From positions 4,278,001 to 4,342,000 of the forward strand of contig OX597836.1 in assembly GCA_951406725.2 (NCBI GenBank): a DNA stretch of 64,000 bases, read 5' to 3'. Shown one piece after another: positions 28,594 to 41,713 of the stretch. Position 1 is the stretch's first letter. Every line of letters begins with the position of its first letter. The notes beneath the pieces are model-generated. The model was not told the origin of the DNA, searched no databases, and was given only the letters and a program-made list of their open reading frames with translations. The position numbers and the translations under genes are program-made. The stretch comes from Octopus vulgaris (taxonomy: Eukaryota).

Positions 28594-29099
28594 TCGTTCG
28601 GATTTAGAGGCTCAAGCGTATCAAATGCAGTGATATATAGAATATATTCGTTATACAACAGTACTGTATAATAATGAATAATACAGGTTAAGTGCAAACA
28701 ATTTTAAAACACTTTATTAACAACATCTACTCTTTCTGATGTGGGGGTGGGATGGGAATAAGTTCACATAATTCCCCAGATTCATCCAAGAACAACACGA
28801 TTAAACCATTAATATTCAGAAGGGTTCAAGTCTCAATACTTTTAGGTATGCTCTGTTAAAATGTTCCGAATATAAACGTAGGGATAATATTAGAATTGGA
28901 GACCTGTTCTTGGATGAATCTGGGCAATGATGTGAACTTATCCCCCACCCACATCAGAAAGAGTAGATGGTGTTAATAAAGTGTTTTAAAAGTGTTTGCG
29001 GTTAACCTGTATTATTCATTATTATACAGCACTGTTGTATAACGAATATATTCTAGATATCACTGCATTTGATACACTTGAGCTTCTGAATCCGAACGA
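28594..29099. repeat. Foldback: ~200 bp inverted arms with ~110 bp spacer
   Basis: Arms 28594-28794 and 28905-29099; ORF track gives near-identical peptides LTCIIHYYT.LLYNEYIL.ITAFDTLE.LNPN on opposite strands. Confidence 0.92.
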
Positions 29100-29399
29100 C
29101 CTGTGGTATCAAGTTGACGTCATCAGATTCATGTCTGTTTACATTATCGGATTAAATCCTTTTAGCTCAGATTCCAGATATTTCAGCATCCAAAGTGTCT
29201 ACATTATAATTTATGACGAACATATTCAACAAATTTCTCTAAATAATCATCTCTTCTCAACCATCACGCGTCCTGCAAGTCCTGGAATTTTCCATCAGAA
29301 CTCACTTTATCAAATTTATGGAATCTCGTCTGTGATTACAATCCCTTCAGGGATGGTCATGGTTAACTTCGCCAGGAAATTTATGCGTGTGTTGTTTCT

Positions 29400-29604
29400 A
29401 ATTTCGGGACTAGGGCAGCAGTTTCGGAGTAGTGGGTAAGTCGATTACATCGACCCGAGTACGCAACTGGTACTTAATTTATCGACCCAGAAGGGATGAA
29501 GGGCAAAGTCGACTTCAGCAGAATTTTAACTCAGAACGTAAAAACAAACGAAATACAGTAGGGCATTTCGCCAGGCTTGCTAACGGTTCTGCCAGCTCGC
29601 CGCC
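29400..29604 (-). mobile_element. SINE family A
   Basis: actggtacttaatttatcgaccc..aagggatgaagggcaaagtcgac...ctgccagctcgccgcc. Confidence 0.9.
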
Positions 29605-29636
29605 TTATAATAATGATAATAATACTATTTTGTGCT

Positions 29637-29838
29637 ATAGGCACAGGGCCTCAAATTTGGGGGTGGGGGATATTCGAATATATTGAACCTAGCATCTAAC
29701 TGGTACTTATTTCATCGACACAGAAGAGGTGAAAAGCAACGTTGACTTGAACCGAACTTGAAACCAGAACGCAGCGTCTGACGAGATACTGCCAAGCGTT
29801 TCTCCCGGTGTGCTAAGGATTCAACCAGCTCGTCTCCT
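29637..29838 (-). mobile_element. SINE family A, adjacent diverged copy
   Basis: actggtacttatttcatcgac...cccggtgtgctaaggattcaaccagctcg. Confidence 0.75.
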
Positions 29839-29978
29839 TAACAACAACAAGAAAAATATAATAATAATGCCAAAAACATTTACAAGATTGATGTAACAGA
29901 AAACTCTGTATCAGATTATATTTTTTCACATTTATTTGTCAATAATATATTTGGCACGAAGCTATATAAGGAAAAACG

Positions 29979-30010
<32 letters not shown>

Positions 30011-30339
30011 TGCAAGTATGTATGTATGTATGTATGTATGTACGTATGTACGTAGGTATGCAAGTATGTATGTATGTATGTATGTACGTATGTATGTATG
30101 TATGTTTGTATGTATGTATGTATGTACGTACGTATGTATGTATGTATGTATGTATGTATGTATGTATGCATGCATGTATGTATGTATGTACGTATGTACT
30201 TAGGTATGTATGTATGTATATATATATATATATATATATAAATATGCACATAAATACACGTATATATATGTATCAACATCCATACATATGTATACACATT
30301 TATACATGTATATACATGTATATATGTATATATGTATAT

Positions 30340-30380
<41 letters not shown>

Positions 30381-30658
30381 TATATATATATACACATATA
30401 CACACACATATACATATATATATATCGATATTCTTGGTCTATACATATCAGTTTCTTTTTCTTTTAGTATAACTATAAATACACTTGCAATGGACAGCTA
30501 GATGCAGGAATATATTACATTCATCCATGTATGTGTCTGTATATACATATGTATATATACTCACACAAACACACTTCCAAATGTATATATATATATATGT
30601 GTGTGTGTGTGTCTGTGTGTGTGTGTGTGTATTTATGCATGTCTGTATGTGCGTATGC

Positions 30659-30689
<31 letters not shown>

Positions 30690-30754
30690 CACACATACAG
30701 ACATGCATGCATACACACACACATATATACATATATTTACATACAGACACACAC

Positions 30755-30785
<31 letters not shown>

Positions 30786-30903
30786 ATCCATGAACATGCG
30801 CTCATATACTATTAATCAATCAATTTACTTGTCTTTGTGCTAGGAATACATGTTAAGCCAATTTCGTCTTCGATCACTCTTTCGAGTGTCTTTCTTTTTC
30901 TTT

Positions 30904-30936
<33 letters not shown>

Positions 30937-31599
30937 ACAACCTCTTTCCTCACCATCTACCTCTTTCTTCGTTGCACGTGCAGGTCATTTGATAGCAAGA
31001 TTCTGAGAATGATTCCATTCAATTTTGGTTGTAACCAATGCCAAATATAAATGTATTTCGATAAAATTCTTTGATACTAAATTCGGATATGACGCTAGCA
31101 CTCTCCTCGTCTCCCGGTCTGTCTGTATGTGTGCCTTTTGTCTATCAGTCTATCTCTCCTTCTTTCTATCTTCATTTCTTTCTATTTCTCTCTCTGTTTC
31201 TTTGTTTGCTTGTTTCTTTCTTTTCCTGTCTCTCACTCTCTCTCTCTCTCTCATTCTCACTCACTTTCTTTCTCTTTTCTACACCCTCCCCATGCGTTTA
31301 TGCGCATGTCCTCTCTATTTGTCTACGTTTCTGTTTGCATCCTACTTTCATTTTCGGGATATATAAATTTACAAAGAAACGCAATCGCAAATGCGCTCAC
31401 ACACACTCACACACACACACACACACGCGCGCACACAGACGTTGACAAGCACAAAAGTATAGAATAAGAGATAAATATATGAATACACATGTGTATGTGA
31501 CGTGTGCACACAAGCGTTCATATGCATACGTAGTCATATACATACATATACACATGCATTCAGCTATATGTATATATAGGACTGTTTATGAGTGTGTGT

Positions 31600-31659
31600 G
31601 TATGCATATTTATATATAGGTATACATACACATATATATATATATATGTATATATATAT

Positions 31660-31708
<49 letters not shown>

Positions 31709-31798
31709 TACATATGTATATACATATATGTGTGTATACATACATATGTATGTATACACACATATTTGTATATACATATGTATATATGTATATATATA

Positions 31799-31853
<55 letters not shown>

Positions 31854-31885
31854 ATATGTATACCTATATATAAATATGCATATAT
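31600..31885. repeat. Spacerless palindrome built from microsatellite sequence
   Basis: Centre tacat|atgta at 31745/31746; distal marker atgcatatttatatataggtatac versus gtatacctatatataaatatgcat. Confidence 0.75.
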
Positions 31886-32857
31886 ATATACATATATACA
31901 CATATATATGTGCATATACATATATATATATATATGTATACATATATGTATATAAGTACATATACATGTATGCGTACATGAATGTATATATTTATAAATA
32001 TGTATATATATATATGTATATATCTATATATACATATATATACATACATATATGTATCTATACACACACACACGCACACATGCACACACGCACACCTAGA
32101 TACACACTCACACACATAAATTTGTTTCTATTTTGAGACAGCTACAGCCGTCACAGGCGCTTCTTTTGTTTTCGATTTTCAACCCAAATCACGCGAATAC
32201 ACCAGAACCTGATTCGAAAAATTCTTCCACGGCTGACGTATGTTGTCTAGGGAGATATTCATAAAAATAAAACGACAACAAAAAGAACAAGGATATGGGA
32301 AAGATGGCGAGGGAGAGGCGCTGGAGTAAGAAAGAAGAAGACTTAGAGATGAGGAATCGAAACGTAGTTTGACGCATCAGAGTAAGCAAGTAACGAAAGA
32401 AAGACAAAAAAGATGTGACTACATCAACAGCGATAACAAGAAGAATAGCACGAACCACAGAATGAATCTATGTTATATTTGAAGTAATGGTTTTGATTTC
32501 GGTAGAAAGAGCCAAAGAATTTGAAGTGAAGTCTTTGTGAGTCTTTAATCTCACCGGTATAGAACTTATTATGCGATTACTATTATGGATTATGTCGCAG
32601 AAAAATGTCGGTGAGACGTTAGAGTAATTATTTCGTTGTTATTTCTAGCTTGTTTTGTGATCACGTATCTTTTGTCTTTCGTTTGATCCAATCACTAGAC
32701 TGTGGCCATGCTAGGAAATCGTCATGATCAATTTGTAGACGAATGAACTGCATCCCTCCCCTATACTATTCGCTTATGCCGGGCGCTTATTCTTTCAGTG
32801 TATTTTGTCGAACCACTACTGTATGGGGACATAGAAACAGATACATATATATACAAA

Positions 32858-32915
32858 TGGCGGTGCCCCAGCATGGCCACAGCTTGTGAGCTGAAACTAG
32901 ATAAAATAAAAAAAT
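32858..32915 (+). mobile_element. Isolated ~55 bp retroposon 3' tail with A-rich end
   Basis: ggcggtgccccagcatggccacagcttgtgagctgaaactagataaaataaa; matches 15612-15668. Confidence 0.7.
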
Positions 32916-33134
32916 AAAAAATATACGATTAAAATATACGATTATTGATTAATAATTAATTAATTTTACCCTCAATTGTTGAAATTATAATTAATCTCCC
33001 TCTAATTAATGCTTCGATTTTACCGAAATATATATATTTTAACCCACGCTGGTGGAAAGGGGAGAACAGAAATTCTTATATATATATATATGTTCTTATC
33101 TTTCAGTGTTTCCAAATCCAAACCAAGGAATTTC

Positions 33135-33186
33135 TGAGCTGAAGATAGAAATGTTGTTTTAACTAATCTTGAAACGTACGTACTCA
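33135..33186 (+). ncRNA. Type-I hammerhead ribozyme motif, canonical core
   Basis: tgag-CTGAAGA-t-agaaatgtt gtttt aactaatct-t-GAAA-cgtacg-TA-ctca; stem I tgag/ctca, palindromic stem III ACGTACGT, GUA triplet; stem II imperfect. Confidence 0.7.
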
Positions 33187-33362
33187 AATAACCTTAGCAT
33201 TTGATTTTTTAATGTCCTTACCCCCAAACTTTTGTGAGTTGAATTAGGCAAAGGCTATATATGAGAGAGATTTTAGTATTAGAAATAGCTTTAAAAGTTT
33301 TAGCTGCTATTTCTAATGAGTTCAGTATGCGGCGAAGTAATTTATTTTACTAAGCCCTTTAT

Positions 33363-33413
<51 letters not shown>

Positions 33414-33493
33414 ATATGTAAATGAGGATAAGATCCTTAATTTAATTATTGATCTTATCAAGTGCCCTTCAAAGTAACAATTATTATTAAAAT

Positions 33494-33637
33494 TATAATT
33501 TAGGGTATCTAAGAGATACCTCCACGCTGGAAATAGCAGCCGAAACTTGACTCTAAAACCATATTAATGTGGTTTTAGAGTCGAGTTTCGGCTGCTATTA
33601 ACAGCGTGGATGTATCTCTTAGATACACTAAATTATA
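33494..33637. repeat. 144 bp spacerless palindrome
   Basis: tataatttagggtatctaagagatacctccacgctggaaatagcagccgaaacttgactctaaaaccatatt|aatgtggttttagagtcgagtttcggctgctattaacagcgtggatgtatctcttagatacactaaattata; about 6 mismatches in 72 pairs by eye. Confidence 0.95.
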
Positions 33638-34044
33638 GTAATATATATATATATATATACGGGCTTCTTTCAGTTTCTGTCAACAAAATCCACTCACAAG
33701 GCTTTGGTCACCTCAAAGGATTGCACTAAGTCGTCACACAAAAGGGAATACACCAAGTTGTCATGCAGTAGGATTATACCCAGAAACATACGGTTCTGGT
33801 GTAAGATTTGTACAGCACGGTCACGCCTGCGCCTATAGGTATACAGTAATTCTATGTTTACCACATGGTGTGAATTGACAAAATGACCACAAGGTGAAAC
33901 AAAATTTCTTCAAGCAGTATACCTTGCATTACCTTTCCTGTAGTCTACGTGGTCTATATATATGTTTGTAAATGCATAATTTATATTGTAGTAAGACGTA
34001 GTAGTTTGAAATTTCTGAACGAGAAATACGTAGTAAAATTATTA

Positions 34045-34252
34045 CAGAGTGAAGTCATTCGCCAACGTAATATGGCAGTCCTGATCAGAACGAAGTTTCT
34101 ACTATTTTTTAACCCAGGAAACATCTAAGGACGCAGTTGTGCGTCGATAGCCAGCGGGAAAATGTGTTTCTCTGGGGCTAAAAAAAGTTAGTAACGTTGT
34201 CCTGATCAGGACTGCTACTTTACGTTGGCAAATAAACGTTACTCTAGCTCTG
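34045..34252. mobile_element. MITE with long TIRs and TA flanks
   Basis: TA-cagag...gccaacgtaatatggcagtcctgatcag versus ctgatcaggactgctactttacgttggc...ctctg-TA. Confidence 0.8.
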
Positions 34253-34261
34253 TATATATAT

Positions 34262-34356
34262 AACGGGAAGCTTTATGAAAATAAACAAAAGACGAAGGCA
34301 GGTGGAATACAAACAAACAATTATATTAGTATGGCGCTCAGGAATATAAATAAAAT
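34262..34356 (-). mobile_element. Family F element, truncated before the hammerhead
   Basis: aaataaacaaaagacgaaggcaggtgga...tattagtatggcgctcaggaata matches 62793-62888. Confidence 0.8.
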
Positions 34357-35241
34357 ATATATTAAATTATAGATGAATATGTAATATGTAATAGAAGGCA
34401 ATAGAGTGTTCCGCTGGTGGTCCATTGCGGTTAGCAATGAAAATGCCCCTGGAACATCCAATGAGGCGTTCCAAACAACTGCAATGGTTATTGAACGAAA
34501 GAACGGATATTTAATACTTTTGTTTCTTCGAATTCTCCAGTACATGTCTGTGTGTTTGCGTACTTGCGTGTGTAGAAAATGGAGGTTGACTGAATCGTAC
34601 GAATGTTAGAATGATTAATATGAGCGAAGGACAGAGAGTAGAAAATATTTAATGGCGAATAGGATAAAGTTGATAATGGGGATTTCTTTTCTAATATGAT
34701 ACTAGTTGTATCGTTAGGGTGTTGTTGAAAGGAAAGAGAATCTGTGATGGTGATGACGAAATGTGTCGATATTGCAATCAAGGACAGAAGAGAGAGTTGT
34801 CAACATAATAATTAGCAATAAAATATTACAAAAATAAAAAATAGTTTCAAACTCACGTAGGATAATTAGAACAGTCTGTTAGACGCCATATTGTTCCACG
34901 TTAGATTATAGATAGACACGATAACTTCAACAGCACAATTCTTTTAATGTCTTTCTCTTTCTCAAGGACTACACACATAGACACATGCAGACACACACGC
35001 GAGGGTACACACACACACCTATGTATATATACATATGCATAAATGTGCATATATATGTATATATACATAAGTAAGTATATATATATAATTCAACACGCAC
35101 CCACTTATGTATAGATACACATGTATACACACATGTATTTAAACCTCGCACGCTGTCTTTTTCTATATATATATACATATATACACGTGTGTAAATATGC
35201 ATGGCCGCGGCCTTCGGGCTAAAACATTTTAAAGGATTTAA

Positions 35242-35293
<52 letters not shown>

Positions 35294-36924
35294 TTAGTAG
35301 CGGCCCCGGGTAACAGTCTCGTGTTAATTACTGCTTATATTGTTTCTCCTGAATTGCACCACGGTCACACGGACACCCACCCTCAGTAGCTATGTCGAGG
35401 TTCCAACATTATCAAAGAGAATATAGAACTCTAACAATGCCACATATTTGCAGTGGAAAATATGAAAGTAAGCTGAACAAAAACCAAATAAAATAAACGT
35501 TGTAATGTGGTAAATCATTAACGACTCTGCTATCAGCGCCCAACCGGACCGCAGCTCGCGAATACATGACCCGATGTTATTGCAATCCCTGAGTAATAAA
35601 CAGTATCAAACATAGAAATTAGTTTGTGCCAGTGAGTATCATTGTGTACATTACCAAGATGGTAATTAAGTGCAGAGCATTGCCAGGTTAGATACTAAGG
35701 TATTTCAGCAGATGAAACCAAGAAGACTTGTTAGTCCAATGCAGACCATTGTCCTCGACCATAAAAGGTATTGATCTCAGGTGTGCTCAAAACATAGTGA
35801 TGAGTTAATATAAGACCTTCAAGCGGTTCAAGGATACTACAGAAAATAGATTTCCTCAGTGTAACGGATGAACTACGGGGAGAGCCTGATAAAAAAAAAA
35901 TCGATTTCAGTAACTGGAGCGAAGATTCAAGAACTGTGTGTAATAATTTACATATGGGAAATTCTAGAAAAGCTAGCTCATTATTTCGACACCGAGAGGT
36001 GTAAAAAATCCCGTACAGGTCGTCTTTGCGTGGTAGCGAAGATATTCCATCTAGAATGTTGACCAAGAACTGCAATAGATTTGGATTCAAAGCGTTACAC
36101 CGCTTCAGTGTTGTACGAAAAAATATCGTCTTTAAAGAATCTACAGAAAGGAGGATGTCGATATCTCCAAGAAGAAAGTGGATAGTTTCCTATTCACGAT
36201 ACCAAATATCATCATAAAGTCAATGTAGAATTCAATGTAGAATTCAGTATTGTTCTTTTGACGTCAAATATTCATATTAGATTCCAGTCCGACACGGGTT
36301 TCTCGTGCTTGAGTGCCTCAATGACATTTGATGTAGCATTTATGTGCTTTCAAGTGATTCAGTTTCAGTACATATTCATCCAAATGTAGACGTTCCTATG
36401 CAAGCATTATCAAGAATTTCCCACCCACCCTATGCTGAAGAATAAAAGGATTTGAGAAAAGTATTTTTCATCCTTCATAAAGTATATTCGCGGTGAGTTT
36501 ATCAGAAGGCTTTATTGTACAGAATAGTAAAAATTGATTTCATCTACAATATAACTTTAGTTTTGGTCTCATTTCGACAAAGGACAACCTGTTTAAGCGA
36601 ATATATTATTTAAGCGAACAGATTATATTATATACAAATTAGTGGGGGGAAAATCCTTAAATATCTTCAAGATAGAAACACGCGAAGTCATGCTTTAAAT
36701 GATTTTAAATTCCATCCAAGGATCTTAGATATTCTTCTTTATATTATAATTATTATATTTAGATATATACGTCGATGCAAATCTGGTTCAAAAGTCAGCG
36801 TCATTAGATGATGGCCGGCATAATGGAATAGGTTCTTCATCTTCATATTCAAAATGTCTATCGTAAACAAATATAAAAATATATGTAGATACATGTGTGA
36901 GTGTGTGTGCGTACGTGCGTTTGT

Positions 36925-37162
36925 GAAGGTGTTTGACTCAGTGGTTAGAAGATGGGGCTCACAATGGTGGGATTGTCAGTTCGATTCCTGGACCGAGCTG
37001 ACTGTTTTGTTTATGTTTTTTCTTTCATGTTGCTCCAGTTCACTCAGCTACGGAAATGAGTTGCAACGTCACTGGTGCCAAGATGTATCGCCTCCTTTGC
37101 CCTGCCCTCGGACGAGGAGAGGACATTCTACGTGCCATCCCATGGTCATTCGAAATCGAAGC
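36925..37162 (+). mobile_element. SINE family D
   Basis: tgactcagtggttag (A box), agttcgattcc (B box), gttgctccagttcactcagct..aaatgagt; related to 59560-59740 (-). Confidence 0.7.
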
Positions 37163-37357
37163 GTATATATATATATATATATATATATAAATTTATAGAT
37201 ACACACACGCACACGCACACATATACCTGTATATCCACACGTACTTGGTATACAGTTATGCGAGTATATGGCGCATACCCATACGTTAATACATCAAGGG
37301 ATATATAAATTAAAAGAAATTTACGCCTCGAAAAATATACACACGCATACATATGTG

Positions 37358-37414
<57 letters not shown>

Positions 37415-38019
37415 ATATATATATTTATATATGTATATATATATATATGTATATATACACATATATATATATATATATACATATATACATATATACATAT
37501 ATACATATGGATATTTATGAATATATAAACATATATACACTCAATTATATATTTATATACACACATATATTACGCACAACACATAAATACACATGGTGCC
37601 ATGCGTAATTCCATAAGCATACACGCCCACACGTGTGTATATGTGTGTGTATGCACGCGTGCTAGTCTCTGTGTGTTCGTGTGTGTATATATATGTGTGT
37701 GTGTGTGTGTGTGTGCGTACGTGCGTGCTTGCGTGTGTATGTGTGCGCTGCTGTTGCATCTAAATTCAAAATTTCATTTGATTTATCTTATTTTTGGGAG
37801 AAAAATATTTGCACAAAAAAGAGAAAATTGTAATTAGTAACAATTTCACATAATTAATTGTACCCCTAGGTAAGCAATTATTCACAACCTTAGACAACCT
37901 CCTTCTTTAATCTTCTAATTATTTATTTTCGGTGCTGATTATCAATACTGTCTTGCTTCTCACTCATCAGTCTCATTAATCATCATGAAGCGAACTCTAC
38001 CGCATCCTCTTCCTCCTCA

Positions 38020-38655
38020 ACGCCGCCACCACTACGGCGACGACAACCCCACAACTACCACGACCACTACTATCACCACAACCACCACTACCACCACCAT
38101 CACCTCTACCACCATCACCTCTACCACCATCACCACCACCTCCCACCACCACCACCTCCCACCACTACCACCACCACCACCACCACCACCACCACCATCA
38201 TCACTACCACCACTACCACCACCACCACCACCACCACCATAATCACCGGAGCTACCACTACAACCATCTCCTCCACCACCAGCACCACCATCACCATCAC
38301 CATCACCACCACTACCGTCACCACCACCAACCCCCACACCGCCGCATCCGCCATCACCACCTCCACCAACGTCATCTTTATATGGCCATTTCCATCATCC
38401 ATCCCCTTGAGAAATATAAAAACACGGCCACCAGAACCAGCGTGCCGTTATCATCACCATCATCACCATCACACGCATCATCATCATCATCATCATGGCC
38501 ACCATCATGATTGTCGTCGTCGTCACAACCACCGCCCACACAACCATAACCACCGTCACCATCACCGTCATCGTCGTCGTCGTCGTCGTCGCCGACGTCG
38601 ACATCGGAACCGTCATCGTCATCGGCGTCATCATCATCATCATCACCATCATCAC

Positions 38656-38732
<77 letters not shown>

Positions 38733-38850
38733 CCGTCGTTATCGTGTGGCAGAAGTAGGACATCACCTTTAATAACACCACCACCACCACCTTACCTAAA
38801 CATAATTCTCATCAATTTCATTTTCATCATCATCATCAGCAGCAGCAGAA
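38020..38850. repeat. (CAC)n/(CAT)n/(CGT)n trinucleotide mosaic
   Basis: Direct reading. Confidence 0.9.
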
Positions 38851-38900
38851 AATGCAGAAGCATCGGCAGCAGAGGCATGAACGGCAGCACCAGCAACATC

Positions 38901-39013
38901 GGCAGCAGCGGTAACAGTAATAGCAGCGGCAGCAGCGGTAACAGTAATAGCAGCGGCAGCAGCGGTAACAGTAATAGCAGCGGCAGCAGCGGTAACAGTA
39001 ATAGCAGCGGCAG
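38901..39013. repeat. 27-bp minisatellite, about 4 copies
   Basis: (ggcagcagcggtaacagtaatagcagc) repeated. Confidence 0.9.
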
Positions 39014-39334
39014 CACCTGTGCCAACATCGCCAACGTCATAGATGGGCGCTTGCAGGACAGCCTTCTTAATGCGATTATCAACATCACACTTTTCATCTG
39101 CACCTCTCCCCGCCTATCTTTCTCCCACTTCCATGTGACCATCCTATAAGAATCACATCGTGCATTGGTGGAATCAATGCTCTGTAGGGGCAATATCTTA
39201 GGGCACTTCCTATTTCAATACCTTCGGGTTCAAATCTTGCAAGAGTGGGCCTTAATTGCCGAAATCCATAAAATACGGTCCCCTGATACACACGTGTTGA
39301 ATTTAATAAAATTGCAAAGCATTTTGCAGTAAAG

Positions 39335-39580
39335 ATTGTTAGCCCCAGGAGACATCGTCTCCAGCTGGCTATGCGACACGATCAGTGTCCATATATTTTC
39401 GAACAAGGGAATCTAGCACCCCAAACTCAGCTCAAAACAATATCTGTGCATTGCATCCCTTCAACGGCACAGATTGTGTCGTATAGCCAGCTGGAGACGT
39501 TGTCACCTGAGGTTAAATTACAACAGCATTCTTCCTAAACCAGGACTGCCATGTTACGTTGGCAAACAATTTTTACTCAA
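39335..39580. mobile_element. MITE related to 34045-34252, left terminus missing
   Basis: Inner inverted repeat cgtctccagctggctatgcgacac / gtgtcgtatagccagctggagacg; right end caggactgccatgttacgttggcaaa. Confidence 0.7.
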
Positions 39581-39709
39581 AGTACAGTGGCTGAATTTCT
39601 TTCGTTGTGAGGCATTTTAGCGTCAACGTTTTACTTGTTTCCTTTGCTTGACTGAAAATATGCAGGAGAACAACTTTGAAGGCTTTCCTCAACGTATCGT
39701 TCTAATCAC

Positions 39710-39927
39710 GGCGGTGACCTGGCAGAAACGTTAGCACGCTGGGCGAAATGCTTAGCGGTATTTCGTCTATCTTAACGTTCTGAGCTCAAATTCCGCTGAG
39801 GTTGACTTTGCCTTTCATCCTTTCGGAATCGATAAATTAAGTGCCAGTTGCGTATTGTGATCGATCTAATCGACTGCCCTCGCTCCTCGAAACTTCGGGC
39901 CTTGTTCCTAGAGTAGTAAGAACATAT
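39710..39927 (+). mobile_element. SINE family A
   Basis: ctggcagaaacgttagcacgctgggcgaaatgcttagcggtatttcgtc...gcctttcatcctttcgga. Confidence 0.9.
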
Positions 39928-41064
39928 TCCATTCGTCTCTGTTACTTTACCGATAAGACGTGAAGAACTAAACAAAACCACAGATGTTAGGAGAGATATT
40001 TAGACACGCTCAGTTTGAAATATATATTTTATACACAAAGCATTGTAATTGTTTTTACAATTTGTTTCAGAACTGTACAAGGAGATACTATTGCCAGAGA
40101 TGTAGAAATTCATAAGCACTCTATCGGCAACTATTCTGATAAACGTTAACGCACGAAACTACCGGCTAGTGAGTCACTCTGTTCCGTCTGCTGAAAATTA
40201 ATAAAATGTGTGTGTAGTTCATAGATGATATCTAGAGATTCTCCGTATAGAAGACACTTAGAACTGCTCAAAGGATTCGAACGTAACGTTCCCCCAGTAC
40301 CTGGCTTTCCATATATGTATATATCTGGTTTTGCTCCTGTAAGTATGTATGTATGATATGTTTCTATACAAACGTGTATATGTGCTTAAGTAAATGTGTG
40401 TCTGTGTATGTAAGCACACTCACGCACAGATAATGAACTGTCTGGCTGAATTATACGTAACTCAGTATTCCACCAACATTTCTGCCTTTAGCCTGATTCT
40501 TCATCCGAATCCGTGTGTCGCAGCAGGTGCCACAATCTAAGAATGAGAGTCCAATTGTTCCGGCGGTTTTCCACACCGTTTCTTGTCTAATGCATTTCAT
40601 TTATGAGGATTAGGTTAGTCGAAAATATAACCACTGCTATTTTCCCCATGATGGCTCGTGACAGTATCGAACCATCGTCTTCATACCAGCTTCTGTTTAA
40701 CGATTTATTTGAACATAATGGAACATTCATGTTTGTATTTTGTTTCCTTTTTTTATTTTTCAATTTCTCTATATTGTCTATAAAGCTGATCGCACATCGA
40801 CACATCACACACACATTTTCATACATACGTAGACACATGCATACATATACATAAAACGAACACTTCTACACATTCATAGAGACACACACACACACACTGG
40901 AGATAACCCGCACACACCGACATACGCACACACAAATACATTCCTAGACATATTCTGTGATACGACAATTTAATACACATCCATTTTATCATCATAACTT
41001 CCAGTACCCACACCAACCAAGTTAAATTTATAAATACACAGACAGTCACACGAAATGCATATTT

Positions 41065-41097
<33 letters not shown>

Positions 41098-41394
41098 CAT
41101 ACACACACGCATGCGCAAAGACACACATATTGGCAACAATACACTTCAACATATCACGTATTTTTACTCACAACATCTTTTCATTTTCTTTTTCTTGCAG
41201 TAAACACGTTCACAACTCGAAGAACAAAAAAAATTACAATTATCGGCAATTTTAACAAATTAATTGTAACCCCAGGTAAAAGGATTATTTCGAGAAACTA
41301 GACAGATTTCTTTCGTTTTTAATATCTTTTCTTCGTTATTGACTCGCTTTGCTATCGCTGTCGTAGTCACGCACATCGTTGGAGTACGAGTCGT

Positions 41395-41539
41395 TTTTCA
41401 TCACCAGAGTCAATATCATCATGACAATTGTCATCATCATCATCATTGTCATCATCACCGTCATCATCATCATCGTGATAATCATCATCAGTCATCATCA
41501 TCATCAAATTCATCCTTATCATCATCACCATCATCATAC

Positions 41540-41626
<87 letters not shown>

Positions 41627-41650
41627 GCATCATCACCAGCATCATCATCG

Positions 41651-41713
<63 letters not shown>

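Larger units (their letters stand above)
32668..33836 (-). mobile_element. SINE family B split by several nested insertions
   Basis: 3' half 32668-32845 (gactgtggccatgctagg...ttttgtcgaaccact); 5' half 33658-33836 (acgggcttctttcagtttc...cctgcgcct). Confidence 0.7.

Noticed and set aside
33572-33600. GTTTTAGAG and nearby gaaatagc resemble a Cas9 repeat/tracrRNA
   Set aside because: Single occurrence in a palindrome, no spacers or cas genes, eukaryotic context
35600-36220. Possible decayed transposase or helicase coding sequence
   Set aside because: No motif could be assigned by eye; needs BLASTx
40480-40720. Possible RTE 3' remnant on the minus strand (KRCGKP)
   Set aside because: Similarity too weak to support
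41201-41275. 75-nt phase-1 coding exon (ttttcttgcag|...ccag|gtaaaa)
   Set aside because: Frame is open but the peptide is unrecognisable and the paralogous island at 37824 has an in-frame TAA; kept only as part of the duplicated-motif finding
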